From an uncultured Campylobacter sp. (GTDB lineage Bacteria > Campylobacterota > Campylobacteria > Campylobacterales > Campylobacteraceae): a stretch of 64,000 nt of DNA. The stretch lies in the NCBI RefSeq assembly GCF_938017775.1, contig NZ_CALIIU010000022.1:2683-66682 (forward strand), given 5' to 3'. Within the stretch, counting starts at the first letter, position 1; every line of letters starts with the position of its first letter. Shown one piece after another: positions 19,796 to 29,337 of the stretch. Both the position numbers and the translations under genes were made by a program. The notes below the pieces were generated by a model. The model saw only the letters and a program-made list of their open reading frames with translations, was not told where the DNA came from and searched no databases.

Positions 19796-22205
19796 GATAA
19801 TGTGGACTTTGATGGTGGGGATTATGATATTAGGCATAATCATCGCCGGGAATTATTTCTCGTCGCTAAGAGATGTAGCGAGATTTAGCACGATTTCGCG
19901 CGAGCTAGCTTTGATCGATAATGCCGATAACCGCCTAAATATATTATTTGATGCAAAAATCGCAAGAAGGGACTTTTCGATTGCAAATGCCGATATGCGC
20001 GGCATCTATCAGGTGCTGCAAGCTCTGCAAAAAGACAAAATCATCGATAAAATCGGACTTAGCAGCGATGTGCGCGCGATCGGAAGCGCTTTTAGCGATA
20101 AAATTTCACTTTTGGACGAGCTTGGGGCTTTAAATTCGCAGAATTTAATCCTTTTTCAAAGTCTGCAGCAAAAATTTTTATCCAGTGGCACAAATGCGCA
20201 AAGAGCAAATCTCTACTCTCAAATTTTAGGGCTTAATTATAAAAATCGCTCCGAGATCTCTGCTTTAAAAAGTGCGCTAGAAAACGCAGATGCGTCAAGC
20301 CCCGACGAAGCTGCGTTTATAGGAATTGCGCGGCAAATTTTAAGGAATTTTGAGCGGCAAAATATCATCGTAAGCGATAATCTCTCGTTGCTCAACGAGC
20401 GCTTCGCAAGCCTGCGCGAGCGATTTTCTTACGCTAGTGAGGAATTCTACGGCTCGTTTATGCAAATGACGATGCTTTACACGGCGGTGTTTTTGTCGTT
20501 TTTACTGCTTACTTACATCATAAATTCCGATGCTTTGCGTAGTAAACGCGCCCTTGCGCCCTATCGCGCGCTATGCGAGCAAGCAGGCGAAGCGATAGTT
20601 TTAGCAGATCAGAGCTTTAAAATTTTATACGCTAATAAAAGCGCGCTTAGCTTAAGCGGCTACGAACAAAGCGAGCTGGAAGGAAGCGATCTTGGAGTTT
20701 TGATGCCCAAAGATAAGGGGACCGAACTTCCTGCGATGGTAAATAAAAGCGCCAAAGATACGCGCCTGCTCCGTAAAAACGGCGAACTAGCCGATGTGGG
20801 CCTAAGGCTAGCAAATATCGCGGCTGCATCCAAGCCGCCGCTATATGCGCTTTACGCTCATGACATCGGCGAGCGCGAGATTATGAAGCTAGCTCTTGCG
20901 AACGCGAAGGAGAGCTTAAACAATCAAGTCTATATCGATCATCTTACGGGCCAGGGCAACGAAGCAGCGCTATACGAGCTAATAAACGCCGAAAAAACGG
21001 GCGTAGCGATCTACATAACTATCGTAAATTTTGCAAATTTACGGCTTTTTTACAAGGCGGAGACGACGAATGAAATTCTGCGCTCATTTGCGCGCACGCT
21101 TGCGATGTGTATCGAATCGCACGAGATCAAAGCCAGTATCTTTCGCATCCAATCGGATGAGTTTTGCCTATTTTACGAGGGACTAAATGTCGCGCGCGAC
21201 GTGGAGATCATAAATAAATACTTCACCGACAAGGTTTTTAATCTCCATACGACCGAGGGCTTTGCCTCCGCGCCTTTAAATATCACGATGGGCGTAAGCG
21301 AGCGTGCCGACGTAGCGGGCGGCGCGAATAGGGTCTTTCAGGCGGTTATGGCGATGTATGAGGCGCAGAGCAAAAACGAGCACGTGGGCTTTTACTCGCG
21401 TCCAAATGCGATTGAGGAAAAATATCTGCAAAATCAGATTATGATCAACACTATTCAAAACGCGATCAAGAAAAATCAAGTCTTTGTGCTTGTCCAGCCC
21501 ATATTTGATATCACCCACCGCGATCCTAGTGGTAACACCTACGGCACCGAGGGCGGTGATTATGTCCCGTTAGTATATGAAATTCTAATCCGTCTAATCG
21601 ACCGCTCGGGCAAGACGCGCTGCCCGGGTGAGTTTATCGATATCGCAAAGCAAACCTCGCTCTACATACCGCTAACTCAGGTAGTAATAAACGAAGCTTT
21701 TCGCTTGCTAGACCGCTTCGCGGGAACTTGCTTTAGCATAAATCTTTCATATTTTGACATCGCAAACGAAGGTATCAAGGAGCTTTTAGAGCGCAAGCTC
21801 GCATCCAGCCCAAATGCTTCAAATCTATTTATTGAAATTTTAGAAAGCGAGGAATTTGACGATTACGAGAGCCTTAGAAGCTTCATCGCCGTAGCCAAAA
21901 ATTACGGCTGCAAGGTCGCGATAGACGATTTTGGCAGCGGATACTCCAACTACTATAGAATTTTAACTCTCGACGTGGATTACATAAAGATCGACGGAGC
22001 GCTCATCAAAAACATCGCAAACGACAAAAACTCGCGCGCTATCGTCGAAACCATCGCTAACTTCGCGTGCAAGCAGGGCTACGAGCTCATCGCCGAATAC
22101 GTAGAAAACCACGAAATTTCAATTATCTTAGAAGAGATGGGGATTAAATATATGCAGGGCTACTTCTACAGCAAGCCGATGGAGCCTTCGAGGATAAAAT
22201 TCTAA
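19785..22205 (+). CDS. Membrane sensor with PAS, degenerate GGDEF and EAL c-di-GMP phosphodiesterase domains
   Basis: Two TM flanking an about 200-aa periplasmic domain; PAS (ILYANKSALSLSGY); DHLTG and QSDEF; EILIR, SINLS, EILES, DDFGSGYS, IKIDG, AEYVE, QGY. Confidence 0.92.
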   Translation: MKDKIMWTLMVGIMILGIIIAGNYFSSLRDVARFSTISRELALIDNADNRLNILFDAKIARRDFSIANADMRGIYQVLQALQKDKIIDKIGLSSDVRAIGSAFSDKISLLDELGALNSQNLILFQSLQQKFLSSGTNAQRANLYSQILGLNYKNRSEISALKSALENADASSPDEAAFIGIARQILRNFERQNIIVSDNLSLLNERFASLRERFSYASEEFYGSFMQMTMLYTAVFLSFLLLTYIINSDALRSKRALAPYRALCEQAGEAIVLADQSFKILYANKSALSLSGYEQSELEGSDLGVLMPKDKGTELPAMVNKSAKDTRLLRKNGELADVGLRLANIAAASKPPLYALYAHDIGEREIMKLALANAKESLNNQVYIDHLTGQGNEAALYELINAEKTGVAIYITIVNFANLRLFYKAETTNEILRSFARTLAMCIESHEIKASIFRIQSDEFCLFYEGLNVARDVEIINKYFTDKVFNLHTTEGFASAPLNITMGVSERADVAGGANRVFQAVMAMYEAQSKNEHVGFYSRPNAIEEKYLQNQIMINTIQNAIKKNQVFVLVQPIFDITHRDPSGNTYGTEGGDYVPLVYEILIRLIDRSGKTRCPGEFIDIAKQTSLYIPLTQVVINEAFRLLDRFAGTCFSINLSYFDIANEGIKELLERKLASSPNASNLFIEILESEEFDDYESLRSFIAVAKNYGCKVAIDDFGSGYSNYYRILTLDVDYIKIDGALIKNIANDKNSRAIVETIANFACKQGYELIAEYVENHEISIILEEMGIKYMQGYFYSKPMEPSRIKF

Positions 22206-22778
22206 TCTCATCTCGCTGCGACTTTATAGACCGCCTTTTTAAATTTATAGCCCAAAGATCGCATTCGTAAGGCGATAAATTCTGATTTAGCAAGCCGCTG
22301 CTTTAATACGGAATTTATCTTGGCAAATACTGCGCGAAATTTATTGCGAACTTATGGCGCACCTTATAAGCTAGGATTGCCGTAAAAGCTTGCGCATGGC
22401 AAATGAAATGAGAGCTAAATTTAAAATTTAATGGCGGATCTATGGACGAAATTTTGCGAAGTTCAAAATTTTAAAATTTTAAGCCATAGAATTTTAAAAT
22501 TTGAAATGCGCGAGCTGCAAATTTAAGGCTAAATTTTAAAATTCCGTAGCGATAAAATTTTAAATTCCGCGCCTTAAACCCGCCTGCAAATTTTAAAATT
22601 TTACGGCGCAAATTTCGATCTATTCGTTTTATAACATTTCGCGCGAGCTTTACAAAATAAAATTTTAGTGCGCCTCGCTCTAAATAACGATAGAGCTTTC
22701 AAATGCAGGCGGAATTTTAAGTGCAAACTTCCCGCTTCAGCAAAAATGGGTTTAAGCTTTAGGCTTTAGCGCATTAGC

Positions 22779-24302
22779 TCAAGCAAATTCGCTCCAAGCC
22801 TTCATGCTCCCCGTATCCTTAAATCTTTGATGCCACGACAGCGCCTCGCTTAGGATGTGCGGAGTATGCCCAGCACAGGGCTGCGCACATGCCCGCTCAA
22901 AATAATCTCTCAGTGCGTCTTGGTAAGTGGGATGTGCGATACTTATCATCGCGCGAGCCCGCTCACGAGGGCATTTACCGCGCAGATCGGCGATACCGTA
23001 TTCGGTGATGATGACCTGGGTGTCGTGCTCAGTATGATCGACGTGGCTTACGAATGGCACGATAGCGCTGATTGCGCCGCCTTTAGCGAGCGATGGGCTC
23101 AAAAATAGCGACAAATATCCGTTGCGAGCGAAGTCACCGCTACCGCCAATACCGTTTTTCATCTGCGAACCCATGACGTTAGTGGAGTTTACGTTGCCGT
23201 AGATGTCCGCCTCTAGCATGCCATTCATCGATACGACGCCGAGCTTTCTGATGAGCGCTGGCGAGTTGGAGACATCTTGCGAACGCAGTATGATGTGCTT
23301 GCGGTAGAAATCGATGTTTTTTTGAAATTCCTCGACACCTGCGGGGCTAAGCGATAGCGCCGTGGCACTTGCAGTGCCTACGACGCCTCTTTTGATGAGA
23401 TCTAGCATGCCGTCTTGGATCACCTCGGAGTAGCATTGCAGCCCTTGATAGCCAGCATTTTGTAGTGAGCTAAGCACGGCATTGGCGACGTTGCCGATGC
23501 CCGATTGTAGCGGCAGTAGCTTCTTTGCGGGAAGTCTGCCACAAGCCTCCTCGTTTTTTAAGAATTTTACGACGTTGCGGCCGATCGCACTTGAAATTTC
23601 ATCCACGGCGGTAAAATTATTGACGCGATCATGCGTCCTAGCCTCTATTACAGCGACTACTTTGGCAGGATCTACATGCATATAGGGGCTGCCTACACGA
23701 TCGCCTACGTGCTTGATCGGCAGATCCTCAGCATGCGGCGGCAGGCGCAGATCCGTAACGTCGTGAATGCCCTCCAGCTCAAGCGGCTGATAGTAATTCA
23801 CTTCTAAAATAACGCGATCGGCGATATCGAGCCAGGCTTGATTATTGCCTAGCGACGTGGACGGCACGAGCTCGCCGCTTTCTTTAATCGCCACTACTTC
23901 GATCACAGCAAAGTTTAGATGCGGAAAAAAGCCCGCCTTAAGCTGCGCGGCAAGGCTTGATAGATGCACGTCCGTGTATCGCACGGCGCCGCTATTTATC
24001 GCACGGCGCATATCGGCATCCGTAAAAAACGGCACGCGAAAGCTCACGGCACCTGCTTTTGCCAAAACTCCGTCTAAAAGCGGATCGGTCGATGCGCCTG
24101 TAAAAATTTCGATTTGATAGGGCTCGCCTTTTTCGTGCAGCGCTGTCACTCGTTGTGCCAGAGCTTGTGGTAGCGCTAGCGCGCAGCCCGCCCCAACAAA
24201 GCCGCTAAAGCCCACCGATGCGCCGTTTGGGATCAGCTCGCAGGCTTTCTCGGCGCTCATAACTTTTGATTTTAGATATTCGTTTTGCACGCGTGAGTTC
24301 AT
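22779..24302 (-). CDS. Acetyl-CoA hydrolase/succinate CoA-transferase
   Basis: GFSGF, TGAST, LQSGIGNVANAV, EADIYGNVNST, GIGGSGDFARN, VSHVDHTEHD. Confidence 0.95.
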   Translation of the reverse strand: MNSRVQNEYLKSKVMSAEKACELIPNGASVGFSGFVGAGCALALPQALAQRVTALHEKGEPYQIEIFTGASTDPLLDGVLAKAGAVSFRVPFFTDADMRRAINSGAVRYTDVHLSSLAAQLKAGFFPHLNFAVIEVVAIKESGELVPSTSLGNNQAWLDIADRVILEVNYYQPLELEGIHDVTDLRLPPHAEDLPIKHVGDRVGSPYMHVDPAKVVAVIEARTHDRVNNFTAVDEISSAIGRNVVKFLKNEEACGRLPAKKLLPLQSGIGNVANAVLSSLQNAGYQGLQCYSEVIQDGMLDLIKRGVVGTASATALSLSPAGVEEFQKNIDFYRKHIILRSQDVSNSPALIRKLGVVSMNGMLEADIYGNVNSTNVMGSQMKNGIGGSGDFARNGYLSLFLSPSLAKGGAISAIVPFVSHVDHTEHDTQVIITEYGIADLRGKCPRERARAMISIAHPTYQDALRDYFERACAQPCAGHTPHILSEALSWHQRFKDTGSMKAWSEFA

Positions 24303-25020
24303 TTTCCGTCCTAGCCGTGATTTGGGCGAAATTATAATATTTTTGCGCTAAATTTCAAAATCTAAAATTTCGTGCACGAGCTAGGCCATAGAGCAAAATA
24401 TGAGGCGCGATCGGTTGGGATACGCCGCAAACGCTTCCGATCAGACTTTTTGCTTCGGCGGTTTGCAATACCCACTTGCGCGAGCACCCCGTAAATAGGG
24501 TTTTAAGCGTGATTAGAGCTTAGTCTGATGGTCTCGCTGCGATACTGCAAACAACTTATCGCGCGCCGAATTTTGCGGAATTTAGGCGCAAAATTTACGC
24601 ATAATTTGTGGCCGCGATATTTAAATTTAAGCTTCCTTTTGCAATTTAATCGCTCGCCGCACTCAAATTTAAATCCCCGCCTCGCAATTTTAAAATGGAT
24701 GTTTTGAAATTTATCGCTCGTGACGTTTAAATTCCGCGCCTAACACAAGCCTTGAACTCATATTTGAAATTACATCGCTTGCGATGCACGCATTTGCCCG
24801 TTACGCTTGAATTTTAATCCGCATTAATTGAAATTCTAGCTGCTTAAAATTATCGCCTCCTCGCACAAGACGGCAGTTTAAAATTCCAATTTCGCGCTTT
24901 TTTTGGGAGGGCGGCTCGACGTAGATACGTAAAATTTTGATAAATTTTACGCTTGCGAAATTCTAAAAAATTATATCATCGTCACTACTAAATTGCAGAT
25001 TTGTTTAAATTCTAGTTCTT

Positions 25021-25100
25021 AAAATTGTAACTCCAGCTGTTACACGGGATTTTTAATTTTAAAGTTGTAGCCCCAGCCGTTACACGAGATTTTTAATTCA
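25021..25100. repeat. 40-bp tandem duplication containing TGTAAC-N7-GTTACA
   Basis: 25021-25060 vs 25061-25100, 7 mismatches. Confidence 0.8.
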
Positions 25101-25292
25101 AAGAGCCTTGCCGCGTAAATTCTAATCTCTCTGAGCCCAAAAATTGACGCCGCTTAATACATGAATTTAAAAGCGTTTTAGAATTCAAATTTAGCCCGCC
25201 TTGTTACCATTTTCGGTCGAGCTCTATAAAATTTCGGCAAATTTTATACTCGCGGAATTTTAAACTCTATCGCCGTGAAATAGAGCGGAATT

Positions 25293-25811
25293 TTATCTCT
25301 GCGGCTTGCCGTCGCCGAATTTAGCGACTATCTCCTCGCTGCAGCTCTCCTTGGGCGCCCAGCCTTCGCGCTTCATCCGCGCCAGATTGTCGCACGCCTC
25401 CTGCGAGCCGCCCTCGCAAAGCTCGTCGTATATCACGAGGCTGCGGCACTGCCCGCTCGCGAAGCTCTCCAGCGCCGCGGCATTGCCTAGGCAGGCTCGC
25501 TCGCGCAGATCGCTCATCGCGCGCCCGCCCGCGCCGTCCGTTTTGCCTCCCTGCTTCCGCTCAGCGAGGGTTGCGAGCTCGCACGCGCCTGCGAAAAAGC
25601 CCTGCGCTTTTAGGCGGTTTCGCACGACGCCGCGACCGCCCAGCTCGTATCTCATCGCCGCTTCGTAGCATGCGGCGGCGTCCTTTTTGCTGCATTTTGC
25701 TAAAAGCGCGCTAGTTTTTGCGCCGCTAAATTTAAACTCTTTGGCTTCGCCGTCCGTGTTTGCCAAACTAAGCGCCAGCGCCGCCGCCAGCGCAAGCTTT
25801 AAAGCCTTCAT
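25293..25811 (-). CDS. Exported Sel1/Hcp-like cysteine-rich repeat protein
   Basis: Signal peptide; C-X7-C pairs (CSKKDAAAC, CEGGSQEAC); YELGGRGV. Confidence 0.8.
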   Translation of the reverse strand: MKALKLALAAALALSLANTDGEAKEFKFSGAKTSALLAKCSKKDAAACYEAAMRYELGGRGVVRNRLKAQGFFAGACELATLAERKQGGKTDGAGGRAMSDLRERACLGNAAALESFASGQCRSLVIYDELCEGGSQEACDNLARMKREGWAPKESCSEEIVAKFGDGKPQR

Positions 25812-25949
25812 CTCTGCTCCTTTTTTCGTTTATCTGCCGCTCGCCCCGATTTACTGCTTCATTGCACCGCATCCGTCGCCCGCTAAAATTTAAAAGGTTC
25901 ACGCGCCTTATTTGCGATCGAAGCTTGGAATTTTATCGCCTCTGTCGCG

Positions 25950-26507
25950 CTAATTTTTCGGCAGCAGATCGAGCACCGCGCAGGCGCGCTTGTTGTGCAT
26001 TTTGCATGCCTTATCTAGCGCTTGCCCCGAGAGCTCAAAACTTTGAGGAGTGCCGATTCCTTGGAGATATTTGACCGACAGCTCGTAGCAAGCTTCGCTA
26101 CTGCCGGCATCGCACTGCTCGCGAAAAAGCTCAAACGACGCCACGACGTCCTTCTCCACGCCCAAGCCGCGCCCTAGCGCATCTGCGTAGAAAAAGCACG
26201 ATAGCTGATCTTTTCGTTCGCAGCCGCTTTTCAGACCGCGCGCGACGCGATCGCAGGAGCCTTCGTCGCTTTTTACGATGCAGCTTTGCAGATCCGCCCG
26301 CGAAATTCCGTCCGTTTGGATGACCGCATCGGCGCTGCTTTGCGAGCCGGCGCTTGCTTCGCCGCTCTTTATAAAGTGCGCGTTTTGCGTAGCAGTCTCG
26401 CCGATACTCGTTGTTTTGCTCGCCGCAGAAATTTTATCCGCCCGCGCGCTCTCGCCACAGTTTGCCGCAAGGGCGCAAAATAGCGCCAAAAATAGAAATT
26501 TTTTCAT
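25950..26507 (-). CDS. Exported Sel1/Hcp-like cysteine-rich repeat protein
   Basis: Signal peptide MKKFLFLALF after GGAGG; four C-X7-C repeats; GLGVEKD, GIGTPQS. Confidence 0.85.
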   Translation of the reverse strand: MKKFLFLALFCALAANCGESARADKISAASKTTSIGETATQNAHFIKSGEASAGSQSSADAVIQTDGISRADLQSCIVKSDEGSCDRVARGLKSGCERKDQLSCFFYADALGRGLGVEKDVVASFELFREQCDAGSSEACYELSVKYLQGIGTPQSFELSGQALDKACKMHNKRACAVLDLLPKN

Positions 26508-26645
26508 ACCCGCCTCCGTTAAATTTAGTGCCATTTTAATTAAAAATGCTGAATTTAATAAAAATGCGCCTCTGCTCTAAATTTTAGCTTTGTGTCGCAG
26601 CGTGTTTGAAGTGCGAAATTTAAAGCACGCCGCCAAAGCGATCGA

Positions 26646-27077
26646 TCACAGGCTCTTTAGCGCCGCAAGTACGTTTTGCGCGTCCTGTTCTGGTTCAGCG
26701 ATTCGGCTAAAGCGCTTTATCTCCTTGCCGTCTCTAAAAATTAGGGTTTGGCGGTGGTAAAATTTCTTCCCGTCGCCGGTAGTGAAGGTTTCGAGCCGAA
26801 GCGGCGCTTCAAGCTCGAATTTTTCGTCGTTTATGAACTCAAACGAGGCGCCCGTAGCGCGCTTAAACTCGCTCGTGCCCGCCTCACCCATGCTGCCTAC
26901 GGCGATAAGCTCGAAGCCTAGGGCTTTTATCTGCGCAAGCGCGCTCTCGTAGGCCTTGCACTGAAGCGTGCAGCCCGTAAGCCCCGCCACGTCGCGCAAC
27001 TCTGCGGGCAAAAATTTGCCGCTGCCGCCCATTTTCGGATAGGTAAAAACCACGCAATTTTTCGGTAAATTTATCAT
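26646..27077 (-). CDS. Peroxiredoxin/redoxin-like protein
   Basis: VVFTYPK...GCTLQC and RQTLIF, a BCP-like pattern. Confidence 0.7.
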   Translation of the reverse strand: MINLPKNCVVFTYPKMGGSGKFLPAELRDVAGLTGCTLQCKAYESALAQIKALGFELIAVGSMGEAGTSEFKRATGASFEFINDEKFELEAPLRLETFTTGDGKKFYHRQTLIFRDGKEIKRFSRIAEPEQDAQNVLAALKSL

Positions 27078-27423
27078 CTCTCGCCTTTTGATCGAAATAA
27101 GGTCGCAAAAATAGCATAAAAAATCTTAAACCCGCTTAATGGATGAAATTTTGCAGCTTCTGGGTATCATTGACGAGCTGTGTTTAAGCAAGGATTTTTG
27201 GCGGCGCAAACGAGAGCGGTGAACCCGTAAGTGGAATTTTACTACCAAATAAGCGGGAGTTAAAAAGATTGCACGACAAAGGTCTCGGTTCCGCGCGGCG
27301 CTATCGTTAGGTGATTAAATTTTATGCTAGCTTTGAGTAGAATTTTAACCGAATCGCCCTTATTCGGCTTTAAGCAATAGCGTTATAAAATAATCGAATA
27401 AAAAATCATAATAAGGAAAGCAA

Positions 27424-28158
27424 ATGATAAATGATGACTTTAAAAGATGGGCTTTGAATTTCGGCAGTTGTGACGGCGGTGATATAGGCTCGCCGAAAAA
27501 CCCTAGTATTTGGCTTTGCGGATTAGAGTGGGGAGGTGGTTTTAAAGAAGAAGAACTACAAAATATTTTTAAAAATAATGATTTAAAAATTCCTGCCATA
27601 TACGAGGATTGTAAGGAAAATTTAAAATACCAGTTTAATATAAAAGCTATAAAACTTTTGGCGGCAATAAACGGTGAAGAAAATCATGTCAAATTTAATG
27701 AAACTTTTAAACCGTTTTCGCGAGGCGGCAAAGGATACTTTAAGATGAATTTATATCCTTTATCCTTTAAAGATACTAATCACAGCAGATGGACTGAAGC
27801 TATTAGCAAAGAAACGGGTTTTAAAGATAAAGACGAATATATTAAATGGATTAGATTAAACAGATTTCCGATATTTAACTCATGGGCAAAAGAATATAGA
27901 CCAAAGATAATTATTTGTACGGGCATAAGTTATAAAGATGACTTTATTGTAGCGTTCGGCGATCAAAATACGCAGCTACAAGAAAGAAATTTCAAGGATT
28001 ACAAGAAATTTTTCTATTTTAAAAATAGCTACGGAGCGCTGGTTGTGATAATTTACTTTTTAGGTGGTCGTCACGGGCTTAAAAGCGATGAAGAAATAAG
28101 ACAAACGGGTAAAGAAATAGCTAAAATTTATGAAGCGTATTTATCGGAATTGGATTAA
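27424..28158 (+). CDS. Hypothetical AT-rich protein with UDG-superfamily-like motifs
   Basis: IWLCGLEWG, KMNLYP, RPKIIICTG; AAGGA RBS; much lower GC than its flanks. Confidence 0.7.
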   Translation: MINDDFKRWALNFGSCDGGDIGSPKNPSIWLCGLEWGGGFKEEELQNIFKNNDLKIPAIYEDCKENLKYQFNIKAIKLLAAINGEENHVKFNETFKPFSRGGKGYFKMNLYPLSFKDTNHSRWTEAISKETGFKDKDEYIKWIRLNRFPIFNSWAKEYRPKIIICTGISYKDDFIVAFGDQNTQLQERNFKDYKKFFYFKNSYGALVVIIYFLGGRHGLKSDEEIRQTGKEIAKIYEAYLSELD

Positions 28159-28239
28159 TAAAATTCTCCATATAACTTGGATATTTAAATAGATTTTGTT
28201 AAACCCCATATTTTGGTTTCGTTTTGTTATCATAGAATT

Positions 28240-29250
28240 TTACTCGTTGTTTCCGGCGATCGTTTCGATTAGTTTGCGTTTGTTTCGGCGGTTGTAAAGC
28301 ACCGACGAAAGGAGCGATAGCGCGATGAATAAGATCCCCACGGTGCCCGTTATGATCTCGCTTACTTCAAATTTCAGCTTGGCAAACATTATAAACGCCA
28401 AACACGCGATAGCGTAGTGCGCGCCGTGCTCCAGATAGGCAAAGTGCGACAGCGTGCCGCGGGCGATGAGATACAGAGTGATGGAGCGCACGAACATCGC
28501 GCCGGCGCCGAGACCTAGCATGATGATGAAGATATTATCGCTTAGCGCAAACGCCCCGATCACGCCGTCGAAGCTAAAGCTCGCGTCCAAGGTTTCTAAA
28601 TACAAAAAGCCCGCAAGGCCGTTTTTTACGCCGTCCGTGCCGAAAAGGCGGTCGAAGCAGGAGATGAGCAGATAGAGCAGGATCGCGCCGAAATACGCCG
28701 CGCCGAGCGTCGCTGAACCCGTTTTAGCAAGCAGCACGAGCCCCGCGGCTAGAGCGATCAGCGTGGGCGCGTTTGGAATGCGCTTTAAAAATCGCACTAC
28801 AGCGTTATTTTCGATTATGCCTAGCCAATGTAGCTCGCGCTGCGCATCGAAGAAAAAATCGCAAAAGACCATCAGTAAAAAAGCACCGCCGAAAACGTAA
28901 ATTTGCGCTTCGTTCTCGCTTAAAATTTCATGGTAGCGCTGCGGTTGCTTAAGTGCCAGCATGAGGGTTTGCCAAAGTCCTAGATGCGCGCTTGCGGCGA
29001 CGATTAGCACGGGAAATAAAAATCTCATCCCGAAAACCGCGATCGGAATGCCCCAGAGGATAAATCTGCTCTGCCACACCGGCGCCATATCTTTTAGCAC
29101 CTTGGCATTGACTACGGCGTTGTCGAAGCTAAGGCTGATTTCCAGCGCGCATAAAAGCGCGCAGATATAAGCGGCACCAGCGCCGCCGATATAAAACGCG
29201 ATAGCAAGCGCAATTAGGCTTACTACAAAAGAGGAGTAAAAATATTTCAT
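28240..29250 (-). CDS. DUF475 (TerC-related) integral membrane protein
   Basis: LEISLSFDNAVVNAKVL, FLYLETLDASFSFDGVIGAFA, YLEHGAHYAI. Confidence 0.9.
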   Translation of the reverse strand: MKYFYSSFVVSLIALAIAFYIGGAGAAYICALLCALEISLSFDNAVVNAKVLKDMAPVWQSRFILWGIPIAVFGMRFLFPVLIVAASAHLGLWQTLMLALKQPQRYHEILSENEAQIYVFGGAFLLMVFCDFFFDAQRELHWLGIIENNAVVRFLKRIPNAPTLIALAAGLVLLAKTGSATLGAAYFGAILLYLLISCFDRLFGTDGVKNGLAGFLYLETLDASFSFDGVIGAFALSDNIFIIMLGLGAGAMFVRSITLYLIARGTLSHFAYLEHGAHYAIACLAFIMFAKLKFEVSEIITGTVGILFIALSLLSSVLYNRRNKRKLIETIAGNNE

Positions 29251-29337
29251 CGCTGTCCTAGCCGATTTTTTGCGCGATTTTAGCAAAATTTAGCCCTAAA
29301 TTCTATATAATTGCAAAAATTCCAAAAAAGGCAAAAG

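Noticed and set aside
25021..25100. Possible CRISPR repeats
   Set aside because: Only two adjacent copies, no spacers and no cas genes
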